From Chrysemys picta bellii (Eukaryota): a stretch of 64,000 nt of DNA. The DNA lies in the NCBI RefSeq assembly GCF_011386835.1, contig NC_088810.1, positions 23,746,001 to 23,810,000 on the forward strand, given 5' to 3'. Made by a program: the position numbers and the translations under genes. This document shows, one piece after another, positions 10,294-20,722 of the stretch (its first letter is position 1; each line of letters begins with the position of its first letter). Below the pieces are notes generated by a model that worked only from the letters and a program-made list of their open reading frames with translations, was not told where the DNA came from and did no database searches.

Positions 10294-12519
10294 CCAAATA
10301 AATCTGTTAGTCTTTAAGGTGCCACCAGACTCCTTGTTGTTTTTGTAGATACAGACTAACCCGGCTACCCCCTGAGACTTGATTACTAGAATTGGTCTGA
10401 TAACTGCTGAGCTGGTGTGTGCAGACATAGGTTCATTAGCATCTGGAGCAGAGATTCCCAGGATGCAGTGCTTCCCTGCTTTTTCTGGTCCCAGAGTTCA
10501 GTGTGGTTCTCTGTTCTCCATTCTGTATGTAAATGGAGATGTCTCCCTGTCCCATCATTCATGCAGATGAGGCAAGGGGAGTTGTCTCTGCTCTCCATTC
10601 TGTATGCTAATGGAAATGTCTTAATCTTGTCACCCTTGTCAGGAGGGGTCTAGGTGTGTCTCCCAACACCCTTCACTGCTCTCTGCAAGTTTTTTTCCTC
10701 TGATGGGTTTTGGTTTAAGCAAAGGCTGGGGGGGAGGGTGTCTTTCATGAGTCAGGCTGGATACTACACCCTGGTTCCCCAAGAACACAGAGGTGTCTGA
10801 TATCAGAGGGGCCTTCTCCGGCTTCAGGCTTGGGGATCCCACCATGGGAGGGTATTGGCTCCAGGGTGATGAAAAGGTCCTGGCTGCCAGGGAGAAGGGA
10901 TTCACCACCTGCCTGCTGCACATTCTCCTCATCCTCCGCCTCTTCCTCATCCTCCTCCGTGTTGCGTGAGACTCCTCCCTTGCAGATGTCCATGGACAGT
11001 GGTGGGGCGGTGGTAGGGTCCCCCCTTAGAATGCCATGCAGCTGTTCATAGAAGCATCACGTATGGGGCTGTGACCCGAAGCGACCATTTGCCTCCTTTG
11101 TCTTGGTAGGCTTGCCTGAGCTCCTTAACTTTCACGCGGCCCTGCTGTGTGTCCCTGGGGTAGCCTCTGTCCAACATGCCCTGGGAGATTTTGGCAAATA
11201 TATTTGCATTTCTTCTTTTGGATCAGAGTTCTGCCTGCACAGATCCTTCTCCCCAGACAGCAATCAGATCCAGTGTCTCCCGTTCACTCCATGCTGGAGC
11301 TCGTTTGCGATTCTGGGACTGCATGGTCACCTGTGCTGCTGAGCTCGCCACGCTGACCAAACAGGAAATGAAATTCAAAAGTTCCCAGGGCTTTTCCTGT
11401 GTACCTGGCTAGTGCATCGGAGTTGAAAGTGCTGTCCAGAGCGGTCACAATGGAGCACTCTGGGATAGCTCCCGGAGGCCAATACCGTCAAATTGCGGCC
11501 ACACTACCCCAAATTCGACCCAGCAAGGTCGATTTTAGCGCTACTCCCCTCGCTGGGGAGGAGTGCAGAAGTCGATTTTAAGAGCCCTTTAGGTCGACGG
11601 AACAACCGGGTTGGTTGTGTGGACGCAGTCATTTTTAAATCAACCTAACGCGGCTAAATTCGACCTAACCCCGTAGTGTAGACCAGGCCTTAGACAGATC
11701 TCCAATCTTGATTTAGAGACGTCAAGTGACGGAAAAACCATCGTGTCTCTTTAGAAGGTGCCTCAAGGGTTCAGTACCCTCACTGTCAAGTAATTGCACC
11801 TTATTTCCTGTTTGAATTTGTCTAGCTTCAACATCCAGCCATTGGATCTTGCTAGGCTTTTGTCTGCTAAAGCAAAAATGACCTCTAGTATCAGACATCT
11901 TCTCCCTAGGCAGATACTTATAGACCATGATCAAGTCACCTCATAACCTCGTCTTGATAAACTAAACAGATTGGACGTCTCAAGTCTTTAAAGCAGGTTT
12001 CCCAGTCTTCTAAAAACATCATTCTTGTGTCTCTCTTCTGAACCCTCCCCAATTAAGGTTAATTAAGGGCTCTCGCTCCCCTGCACCTCACTTCTCTTTC
12101 TATAGGATCTGTCTATAGTCAGAAACCCAGCCATTGCTAGAATGGTGCTAAATTGACTTCCTGTGTAGGTAGGTTTTTATTGATGGTATAAACCTGTCTA
12201 CCAGTCATGCTATAGACTAAATCGTGAATTCTCAACCTCTAGAGGTCGCAAATAGGCTTCAAGGGAGTCATGGCCACCCTCTCCTCCTTTATGGCTTGAT
12301 GGGAAGAGGGGTTGACTACTTTTTTCTGTTGTCATGATGGAAAAGATGATAGCCTTGTTTGCTATGGTTGGTTCTGTTTCATTAGGGTCCCTATAGCTTT
12401 TGGGGGGTCCTCTCAGGTTCCTGGAGATTGTTCATGATTAGAAAAATTATTATTAGTTATTTGGATTGCAGTAGCCCTGAGGATCCCTAGCCCGGGACCA
12501 GGCCCCCATTGTACTAGGG

Positions 12520-12824
12520 CAGGAGTCGGCAACCTCTGGCACGCGGGCCAGTTTGTTTACCTGCCGCGTCTGCAGGTTCAGTTGATCGCGGCTCTGACTG
12601 GCCGCAGTTCGCTGCTCCAGGCCAATGAGGGCGGCGGGAAGCCGCGGCCAGCAAATCCCTCGGCCCGCGCCGCTTCCTACACCCCTCATTGGCCTGGGAC
12701 GGCGAACCGCGGCCAGTGGGAGCCACGATCGGCCAAACCTGTGGACGCGGCAGGTAAACAAACTGGCCCGGCCCACCAGGGTGCTTCCCCTGGCGAGCCG
12801 CGTGCCAGAGGTTGCCGACCCCTG
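12520..12824 (+). mobile_element. hAT-type MITE (~305 bp)
   Basis: Long TIRs CAGGAGTCGGCAACCTCTGGCACGCGG and CCGCGTGCCAGAGGTTGCCGACCCCTG; 8-bp flanks TACTAGGG / TGCGAGGG (6/8). Confidence 0.8.
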
Positions 12825-13489
12825 TGCGAGGGGCTGTACAAAGTCAGAACCAAAAAGATGATTTGGAGGAGAAACATAGCTTGTTCCATTCCTCCAGGCT
12901 TCCTGGCCTGTAGCACAGACTATAGGGTTTAGGAATGTCACAACTGCATAAGCATCTATGCTGAGATGCTGGAAAAAGAAACCGAGGGATGCTGTGAAGA
13001 CAAAGGCCTCACTTAATACCTTACATTTCAAACCATGGCCAAATGACACGCGTGAGGGAGGAGAGCTCTGGACCCAGGCCTGCTTCGGGCTCCGGCCCCT
13101 CCCTGCTCCCTCCTCTTCAACCCCTTCTTTTCCAGCCACTGGCCTTGCCTGGACCTGTTGGCTCAGTGACGCTGGCAAGAGAAGATCTGCCATGCCGTTG
13201 GCTCTGAGCACACCGCGGTGCCCTCTGGGGCGGGATCTGCCAGCGGATATCAAAAATGCCCTTTGCTCAGTTCCCCGGCGCAAGGACAGCTTCGCCTGCA
13301 CGCGCGAGGTGCGGCGAAAGGAAGGCGCACTGTGGTTTGGAACGCAGCTCACTAACTAAAGCAAGAGAGGAAGACAGCAGCACAGGGGAAGAGCCCTCAG
13401 CCTCCACGGCAAAGAATCATCGCCGTGGGGTGCCGGGCCTGGCACCCGGCTTGCAAATGGCCATTGTGGAGCAGGTAGAAAACAGATCC

Positions 13490-14080
13490 TGGCGGCTCCG
13501 GTCAGCGCTGTTGACTGTCTGGTTGGGGCTGGCAGGCTCCCTGCTAGCCTCCACGCACGTCCCCCGTCCGGCTCTTAGGTGTAGGGGCAGCCAGGGGGCT
13601 CCGCATGCTGCCCCTGCCCCAAGCGCCGACACCACAGCTCCCATTGGCCGGGAACTGCGGTGGTGGTGCCCGCAGACGGGGCAGCACGCAGAGCCGCCTG
13701 GCCGCACCTCCGTGTAGGAGCCGGAAGGGGGACATGGCAGCTCTTCCAGGAGCTGCTTGAGGTAAGCACCACCCAGAGCATGCACCCCTGAGGCCCCCCC
13801 ACGCACCCCAACCCCCTGCCCCAGCCCTGATCCCCCTCCCACCCTCCGAACCCACTCGATCCCAGCCCGGAGCCGCCTCCTGCAGCTTAAACCTCTCATC
13901 CCCATCCCCACCCCAGAGCCTGCAGCCCCAGACAGAGCCCTCACACACCCCCACACCCGAACTCACTGCCCCAGCCCGGAGTCCCCTCCTGCACCCTGAA
14001 CCCCCCATTTCTGGCCCCACCCCAGAACCTGCAGCCCCAGACAGAGCCTTCACACACCCCCACACCCGAACCCATCAGAC
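13490..14080. repeat. C-rich interspersed repeat, probably the interior of a non-autonomous DNA transposon
   Basis: Same motifs (CAGCTCCCATTGGCC, CCCCAACCCCCTGCCCCAGCCCTGA, CCCCTCCTGCACCCTGAACCCC.CATTTCTGGCCCCACCCCAGA) recur at 37560-38160. Has an internal duplication. No termini seen. Confidence 0.55.
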
Positions 14081-14796
14081 CATCAGCCATCCACTCCTGG
14101 GCCTTGTCTACACTAGGGAATTAGCCAGCACCCAGCACTTGATACGCATTGACTCCTTTGGGGGTTTCAGGACCTTGCTGCTTCTAAAAACAATGAGCCC
14201 TTAATTAGCTCCTTTATTTCCCCTCGTTAGGCGATCCCGCGGGTACTTTGCTTCTCTCCCCACTGAGGCGCCAGGATCCAGAGGTCAGCTCCTTCCACTT
14301 CCAATGGGGCTTAATTATTTTTCCCAGCCGGCGGCATCTGGGTTGGCCCCACCAATGCACCCTGCATTGCTGCAGCCTATTTACGTGAGTGGCGCGTTAG
14401 GACGCTGGCGACCGCTCCCTGGAGAGGCTGCGGAAGCAAAGCCCAGAGCCGCCCCGCCACATGGAACCAAGGGAGAATCATTTACCCTGCCCGCTAGTGA
14501 CATGGAGCCCTCCGGCTTTTGGGACGCTGTCGGGGCCTCTTTTGGTTGCCCGGAAGCCATGCACCCACCCTGGAGACCGGCAGGGTTCTGAGGGATACGC
14601 CGTCCCAACACGGAGTGCTACCTGGAGCGAAGAAACGAGTCCCCACATTGCCCCGAACACACAAGAGCGTGTGAATCTCCATCGACCTGGTACGCGCCAA
14701 GGACACGCCGTCCATAGCTTTGCTGCCATCTCGTGGCCTGTCCCGTAAACACACCCCACTGCTAACACAGCCCACTCCCCACGCGTGCCTGTAAAC

Positions 14797-15106
14797 CAGG
14801 GGTCGGCAACCTTTCAGACGTGCTGTGCCGAGTCTTCATTTATTCACTCTGATTTAAGGTTTCGTGTGCCTGTCATACATGTTAACGTTTTTAGAAGGTC
14901 TCTTTCTAGAAGTCTATAATATAGAACTAAACTATTGTTGTATGTAAAGTAAATAAGATTTTTAAAATATTTAAGAAGCTTCATTTAAAATTCAATTAAA
15001 ATGCAGAGCCCCCCGGACCAGAGGCCAGGACCCGGGCAGTGTGAGTGCCCTGAAAATCAGCTCCCGTGCCGCCTTCAGCACGTGTGCCATAGGTTGCCTA
15101 CCCCAG
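14797..15106 (+). mobile_element. hAT-type MITE with AT-rich core
   Basis: CAGGGGTCGGCAACCT to AGGTTGCCTACCCCAG; flanks CTGTAAAC / CTGTATAC (7/8). Sister copy at 19885-20164. Confidence 0.85.
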
Positions 15107-15918
15107 CTGTATACACAGGGAGCTCTGTCTCATGCCTGCCACCTGGGGGCACTTCAGGTTGTTGGTCTTCTTTAAATGCAACAGGCCAAGTTCAATGGAT
15201 TTCAATAGTTCGGCTGCTTTTTACACACAGGCCAGGCCGTACGACCCCCCATGCAGCTGTGCTCTGTCTGCAGCGTGGAATCCCTCTCCCTCCAGCAAGC
15301 AGGTCTCCCCCGAAGCCTGTATCCCTCTGAGCCTGCCGTTTCTGAGTCCTGGTTGTGTTGGGGTAGCTGATTTATTGCAGATAAACAAGGGATTGCAGGT
15401 GGTGAGGAGATGGAAGGATGGATGATGGGTGTATACGGAGAGAGAGAGAAAAATTGCTGGAAGAAGGAAGGATAGCTGGATGGATGGATAGACAGATAAG
15501 GATCTAGGAGGATGGATGGGTAATTTGTTCACAATATTGACAACCCCAAACATTTAAAATCATGAATGAGGCACCCACCATGTCACACTGGCTTCAAAAC
15601 CACGAGATTTTAAAAAACAACTTGGGGAGGTGCGGGGGGGAGGGGTCCTTGGATTTTGAGTTTTCAGGTGCACTTAGATCCTGTTTTCAGGCTTTTCTCT
15701 GAACCAATAAGGACTAGAAACCTCTTTCTTTGTAATGAAAGCTGAGGTTCTCGTGTAATTAGGCCGCCCGCTTCTGTGGCTCTGAACTCTGGGCACTGAG
15801 GAACAGAGAAGAACAGAGCACGAATACAGTGGAAATGAAAATGTTAAGACGGATGCTTGGAGTTACACGGCTGGACCATGTTCAGAGCAAAAGAATCCAG
15901 GGAAGGGGGAAGGTGGCC

Positions 15919-16040
15919 TAGGGTGACCAGACAGCAAGTGTGAAAAATTGGGACGGGGGGCAGGGGGAAAGGTGCCTAAATAAGAAAAAGCCCCAAATAT
16001 CGGGGCTGTCCCTTTAAAATAGGGACATCTGGTCACCCTA
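15919..16040 (+). mobile_element. 122-bp hAT-type MITE with perfect TSD
   Basis: TIRs TAGGGTGACCAGA / TCTGGTCACCCTA; identical 8-bp flanks AGGTGGCC (15911-15918, 16041-16048). Confidence 0.9.
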
Positions 16041-17594
16041 AGGTGGCCCCAATTCTAGAAAAGCTCCAGGAATCCAGGCTGTGAAAAGAAGAATGGAAGA
16101 ACATATCGGAAACAGGGTGTTACACTTAGAAGCGGAGAGCAAGAAAACCCAAAACTAGATAGGTGGATGTCATACAGAAAAATTTGATTAACTACAAAAT
16201 TTACAAGGGACCGCTTCAAGACCGACTGGAACGGCAAAGAAGGGCTGCAAGACCCACTCCCATATAGTTGGGACTAAGGCTAGAAGAAGAAGACGGTTCT
16301 CGTGTAATCACAGGACTCCGGGAGCTGCTGCTTTAAAAGAAAAACACCAAATCTCACAAAAACTTGGCAACAGTGTAACAGTTTATGGGATGCTGGTTCG
16401 GGGTTAGCAGAGCTCCTGGACCAGATCCCCAGCGACAGCCTAGTGCTATCTCTCTGGCCCAGCGGTGCTTGTTACTTTTGGGGACAAATCTCCTGTTTCA
16501 GAGGGCCAGCTGGGGTAAATCAGTGGGGGAGCGCCATGGACGTCAGCTGAGGATCTAGCCCAGAGTACTGTGTGTGCATCACTTAAACACCCTAGTTATC
16601 CCGCTGGCCGGCATTAGCGCCCGTGTGTTTCATGCAGTCCTGCTCTGGCTCGCTGTTTAAGAAGCAGAGGCCTGACCACGCTGCTCTTCCCTGTGCATGG
16701 CGTGTGTACGTGAACAATGAGATGTGTCTCTGCTGGCCGATTGCAAAGAACAAACAAACCCTGGTGTGTGCTGAACGCGTCACTCTGGGATCTCTGACCT
16801 CGGCTGGCTGGTTGGTAACGTTGAGTGCCTGGAACGCCTGGCGCTGGTGTCAGCGACGACAGCTTCCCGCTGGAACAGCAACACCAGAGAGGCCCATTTG
16901 GGTCACTGCTGAAGCCCTAAAATGAGCGGCGAGAGGGGCTGAGAACCTGCTTGATCGCCGTCCTGGCTATTCGGCTGAGGGGTTCTGGGGAGCATTTAGC
17001 AGGGACAATATCCTCGCGAGCAGGCCAGTCCTGCAAGAATGTGTGTGTGGCTTTCGTTGCTATGTGGCGTGTCTGAGCGCTGCAACGCTGGCCTTCTCCT
17101 AACCACATCCTGAGATGTTTGCAAGGCTTGGCACGGCGGCTGGTTCGCATGGCAGCCGGGTTTCACGCAGCGACCTTTAGAATTCGCCGCCGCAATGGAG
17201 CTGCCTTGATTCACACCAACGGGGCAGCTGGCCCCAAATGTTTAGCGGTCACCTTTGCAAGCTTTGCTCTAGTGCCTTTTGTCTGCTAATGCTATTCACA
17301 ACCGAACGCTGAAAACTCGATTAGCAACCGAAACGTGAATACCACAAACACGCTCATTCCGGCCGGACCACAACAGCAAACGGCTAGTCCCTCGGCTGGC
17401 ATGAACCAGAGTAGCTGCATTGACTTCAGCGGAGCAGAGGATCAGGCCCAAAGAGCTTCCAGGCAGCCCCTGTGGTGTTAAAATTAACTTCTAAGGGGCA
17501 ATCGAGCAAGTGCATCACTGCAAAGTTGGACACCCATCTCCGTAGGGAGCCGGTATGTCCTCCAGGTGGCGCTGCTGAGATCTGTTATCTACAC

Positions 17595-18160
17595 CAGTGG
17601 CTCCAAACTTCCCAAAATACTGTCCCCCTCTCAGGAATCTGATTGGTCCTATGCACCCCCAAGTTTCATCTCACTTAAAAACGACTTGCTTACAAAATCA
17701 GCCAGAAAATGACAGACGTGTCACAGCCACTAGTACTGACAAATTGCCGCCTTTCGCCTTTTTACCATCTAATTAGCAAAGAAAGCGATTGGAATATAAA
17801 TCTTGTACTTACATGTCAGTGTGTAGTCTACAGAGCAGTATACAAGTCATTCAGTGGTTTGAGCATTGGCCTGCTAAACCCAGGGTTGTGAGTTCAATCC
17901 TTGAGGGGGCCACTTAGGGATCTGGGGCAAAAATCAGTCCTTGGTCCTGCTAGTGAAGGCAGGGGGCTGGATTTGATGACCTTTCGGGGTCCCTTCCAGT
18001 TCTATGAGATAGGTATATCTCCATATATTATATTATTGTCTGTATGAAATTTTAGTTTGTACTGACTTGGCCAGTGCTTTTCATGTAGCCTGTTGTAAAA
18101 TTAGGCAAGTGTCTAACTGAGGTGACGTACCCCTTGGAAGACCTCTGCGTACCCCAGGGG
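17595..18160 (+). mobile_element. Truncated hAT-like element interrupted by a SINE
   Basis: Starts CAGTGGCTCCAAACTT. The sequence TACAAGTCATT..TTGTCTGTATGAAATT is split by the SINE. The 3' terminus is not seen. Confidence 0.5.
17851..18035 (+). mobile_element. Tortoise-type tRNA-derived SINE, slightly 5'-truncated
   Basis: TCAGTGGTTTGAGCATTGGCCTGCTAAACCCAGGGTTGTGAGTTCAATCCTTGAGGGGGCC, nearly identical to the 3862-4043 head, followed by a CR1-like tail. Confidence 0.85.
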
Positions 18161-18277
18161 TCAGAGGTGCTGGAACTAGGGGGGCTGCTGCACCCCCTGG
18201 ATGGAAGTGGTTTCCATCACACGCTGGATTACAGTTTGGTTCAAGGCTCTCAGCTCCCCGACTGTACACACTGTCCC

Positions 18278-18476
18278 AGTGCCCCTGCCAGGGGGATTGA
18301 GACCCACTGCCCTACAGTGCCCCAGCCGGGGGGATTGAGACCCACTGCCCTACAGTGCCCCAGCCGGGGGGATTGAGACCCACTGCCCTACAGTGCCCCT
18401 GCCGGGGGGATTGAGACCCACTGCCCTACAGTGCCCCAGCCGGGGGGATTGAGACCCACTGCCCTACAGTGCCCCA
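18278..18476. repeat. 38-bp minisatellite, ~5 copies
   Basis: Unit CCCACTGCCCTACAGTGCCCCAGCCGGGGGGATTGAGA starting at 18303, 18341, 18379, 18417 and 18455. Confidence 0.92.
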
Positions 18477-19884
18477 GAGCACAAGCTTTCCAAGCAGACA
18501 GTTGCCCTGTGAAATCCGAGTCGTTAATTACCCACGCGTAAATCTCCCCCTTCCTGAGAAGGGGAGCAGTGCAGCGAGGGCAGGCAAGGGGCACAGGGCT
18601 CCTGGGTTTTACGCCTGGCTCTGCCCCTTGCTCAAGTCTCTGCCCCTCCAGTTCCTTTTCCACCACCCCACGTCGGTCTCGTTCAGGACATGGGAAGGGA
18701 CTGGCTCATACTCTGGGCGTGCACACACCTCAGCAGGCAGGACGAGGCCCTGCTTTTAGCTGGGGCCTGTCGGTTCTCCTGCCGTACACACAAGAACCGT
18801 CTGTCTCACTAGCAGGAAGCACTTCCTTGTTGTGCAGCCCTAATATCCCTATTGGGAACGGCTCCTCTGCCCCGGGGCGAGTGACGCTACGCTGGGACCG
18901 CACCTCTCCCTCTGCGACATTCGCTCTCTGCCAAGCCCGTGGGGGCAGGATACACAGCCCTAGGGTCGCTGTGGATTGGCCCAGAGGGCTATAGGGTGTG
19001 GGAGCCTGGGGGGGGGCATATTACTCACTAGTAGATGGGGGGTCTGGAGGCACATTAATAGTTTATGGCACTAGGCAGACATTCGTTCTACGCACGCACT
19101 ATGTACACAGCATCAGATGTAGCCGGTCACCGCAGCATTCCCGAGAGGAACGAGCCCCTCCTTTGTTTGAAGAGCCCGCTGGGGCCGCGCACTGCCAGGG
19201 CGACACCCACGTCTGCCCAGGAGGGACCGCATCCCGCGCAGTCAGGACCAGAGAGCCGAGGGGGCTCAGGGCCCCTTTAAAGGAAGGTTTTGTCAGCAGC
19301 CCCCGGTGGCTTTTCTTGCCCTGGGATGGCGCCGGATCTCTCGCTGGCCGCGGGACTCCTGCTAAGACGGCGAATAGCTCTTCCCACGTGCTGACAAGGC
19401 CCCAGGTGCGCGAGCCGAGCCCCGCCTCGCAGGTATTGCCATGGTGACACACCTGCAGCCCCACCCGCTCCCCTGAGCGCTGACATGGCTGCGCTGCGGG
19501 GGTGGAGCGACCACATCCTCCCCTAACGTTACAGGAACCAGGGGAGCCTGGTGGTTAAAGAGCAGGAGACCTGAGACCAGACTCAGCCACCAGCTTCCTT
19601 TTTCATCTCTCTGCCTGGGCAGAGCGTGCCAGGGCTTCTAGCCAGCTGCAGCCCTGTAGGGCAGAGTGCTTAGGGGGCCCCGGGGCTCTCAGCGGCTCCT
19701 AATGGCTCTAGCCTCCTCCATATCCCAGTGGGGTGGCTGCTGAGTGCAGGGCCGATGCGGGCTGCGAGGTAGACGGCTGGGTCAGCATCTCCCTGCAGTT
19801 CTTTGCTAGAAGGGCTGGACAGCTCTGAGTGACGCACCCCCAGGTCTCACAGCTCGGCGCTTCAGGGCTTGGGAGCAGTTAGAC

Positions 19885-20164
19885 CAGGGGTCGGCCACCT
19901 TTCAGAAGCGGGGTGCCGAGTCTTCATTTATTCACTCTCATTTAAGGTTTCGTGTGCCAGTCATACATTTTAAGAAGGTCTCTTTCTATAAGTCTATAAT
20001 ATATAACTAAACTATTGGTGTATGTAAAGTAAATAAAGTTTTTAAAATTAAATTAAAATGCAGAGCCCCCCGGACCGGTGGCCAGGACCCGGGCAGTGTG
20101 AGTGCCACTGAAAATCAGCTCGTGTGCCGCCTTCGGCACGTGTGCCATAGATTGCCTACCCCTG
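19885..20164 (+). mobile_element. hAT-type MITE, same family as 14797-15106
   Basis: CAGGGGTCGGCCACCT to AGATTGCCTACCCCTG, with an interior closely matching the 14797 copy. Confidence 0.85.
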
Positions 20165-20722
20165 CATTAGGCCATGCCAAGCCGGGGTGTGAATCTAGCC
20201 TGCCGCAGTCGGAGTGTCCGCGTGCGCCCTGCTGATGTGCGTGAATAGTTTGTTAGGGCGGCTGATCTAGTCCTCACTGACGTGGGACTCGCTCACAGGG
20301 CATTAAACCTTAACACACGGTGCCCAGGAGTCTGCACCAGGCTCGCACGGGGGAGGATTCCCACCCCCCATTGCCAGTCTAGAGACAAGCCCTCTCCCCC
20401 CCCCGGCTTGGTGCATGTGACACGCAGACCTCTCCTGGGCACGTGAAGTGCTGCAGCGTCTCCCTGGTGCTCATTGCCCGCTCCTGACTTTCCGCCCTCA
20501 CCTGTTAAACCGATAAAATCAAGAAGGAGACCCCTTGTGGAAACGGTTCGTCCCAGCTCCACCTGGAGCCCAGCTCCTGAAACCCTCTCAAAACCCAACG
20601 ACGTTTACTGAGCTTTACAAAAACAGGCCCCATCAACAGCAGCAATGTACAAAACAAACTTTTATTGGATACGCAGTGACTCATCGGGGCGCATTCCCCA
20701 GCGGGCTGCTTTGGCCCGTCTA

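Larger units (their letters stand above)
9453..10378. mobile_element. Penelope-like element (PLE) insertion with inverted structure
   Basis: Minus strand ~10045-9675 encodes a GIY-YIG endonuclease C-terminus (IKGSFTCTSTNVIYAIMCQQCPSAMYIGQTGQSLRKRINGHKSDIRNG..KPVSEHFNLPGHS..NRDWEWLAHY). Plus strand 10100-10378 holds two tandem terminal modules. Flanks TTCATTTCTAGAATT (9438-9452) / TTGATTACTAGAATT (10379-10393) match 13/15. Confidence 0.88.
8361..10789 (-). mobile_element. Solo LTR (~1.5 kb native) carrying a nested Penelope insertion
   Basis: Bounded by TG (8361-8362) and CA (10788-10789) with a perfect 4-bp duplication GAGG (8357-8360, 10790-10793). AATAAA on the minus strand at 8962-8957. 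No coding remnants. Confidence 0.68.
7290..11324 (-). pseudogene. Harbinger second gene (Myb/SANT trihelix DNA-binding protein), disrupted
   Basis: From ATG 11324: MQSQNRKRAPAWSERETLDLIAVWGEGSVQAEL*SKRRNANIFAKISQGMLDRGY.RDTQQ.RVKVKELRQAYQK, then an acidic stretch (EEDEEEAEDEE). Donor GTGAG at 8353-8349; a second exon (MQSSRT..AQLNAWRHSVAEARKE) at ~7870-7290. Interrupted by an LTR and a hAT MITE. Confidence 0.85.
5886..11689 (+). mobile_element. PIF/Harbinger DNA transposon, decayed two-gene copy with nested insertions
   Basis: TIRs GGGTATGTCTACACTACG (5886-5903) and CGTAGTGTAGACCAGGCC (11672-11689). Flanks CTA / TTA fit a 3-bp TWA target duplication with one mismatch. Contains a transposase gene (+) and a Myb/SANT gene (-) facing each other. 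Confidence 0.92.
5772..12030 (-). mobile_element. Old CR1 LINE 3' fragment, split by the Harbinger insertion (pieces ~5772-5885 and ~11690-12030)
   Basis: The left piece begins at a TCATAGA tail and the right piece resembles the CR1 ORF2 3' region (CCCTCACTGTCAAGTAATTGCACCTTATTTCC..TTGAATTTGTCTAGCTTCAAC). The two read through once 5886-11689 is removed. Confidence 0.6.

Noticed and set aside
12453-13352. 299-aa ORF
   Set aside because: Runs through a GC-rich hAT MITE and flanks; no domain and low-complexity composition.
18278-18476. CRISPR array
   Set aside because: 38-bp units are contiguous with no unique spacers, there are no cas genes, and the context is vertebrate.
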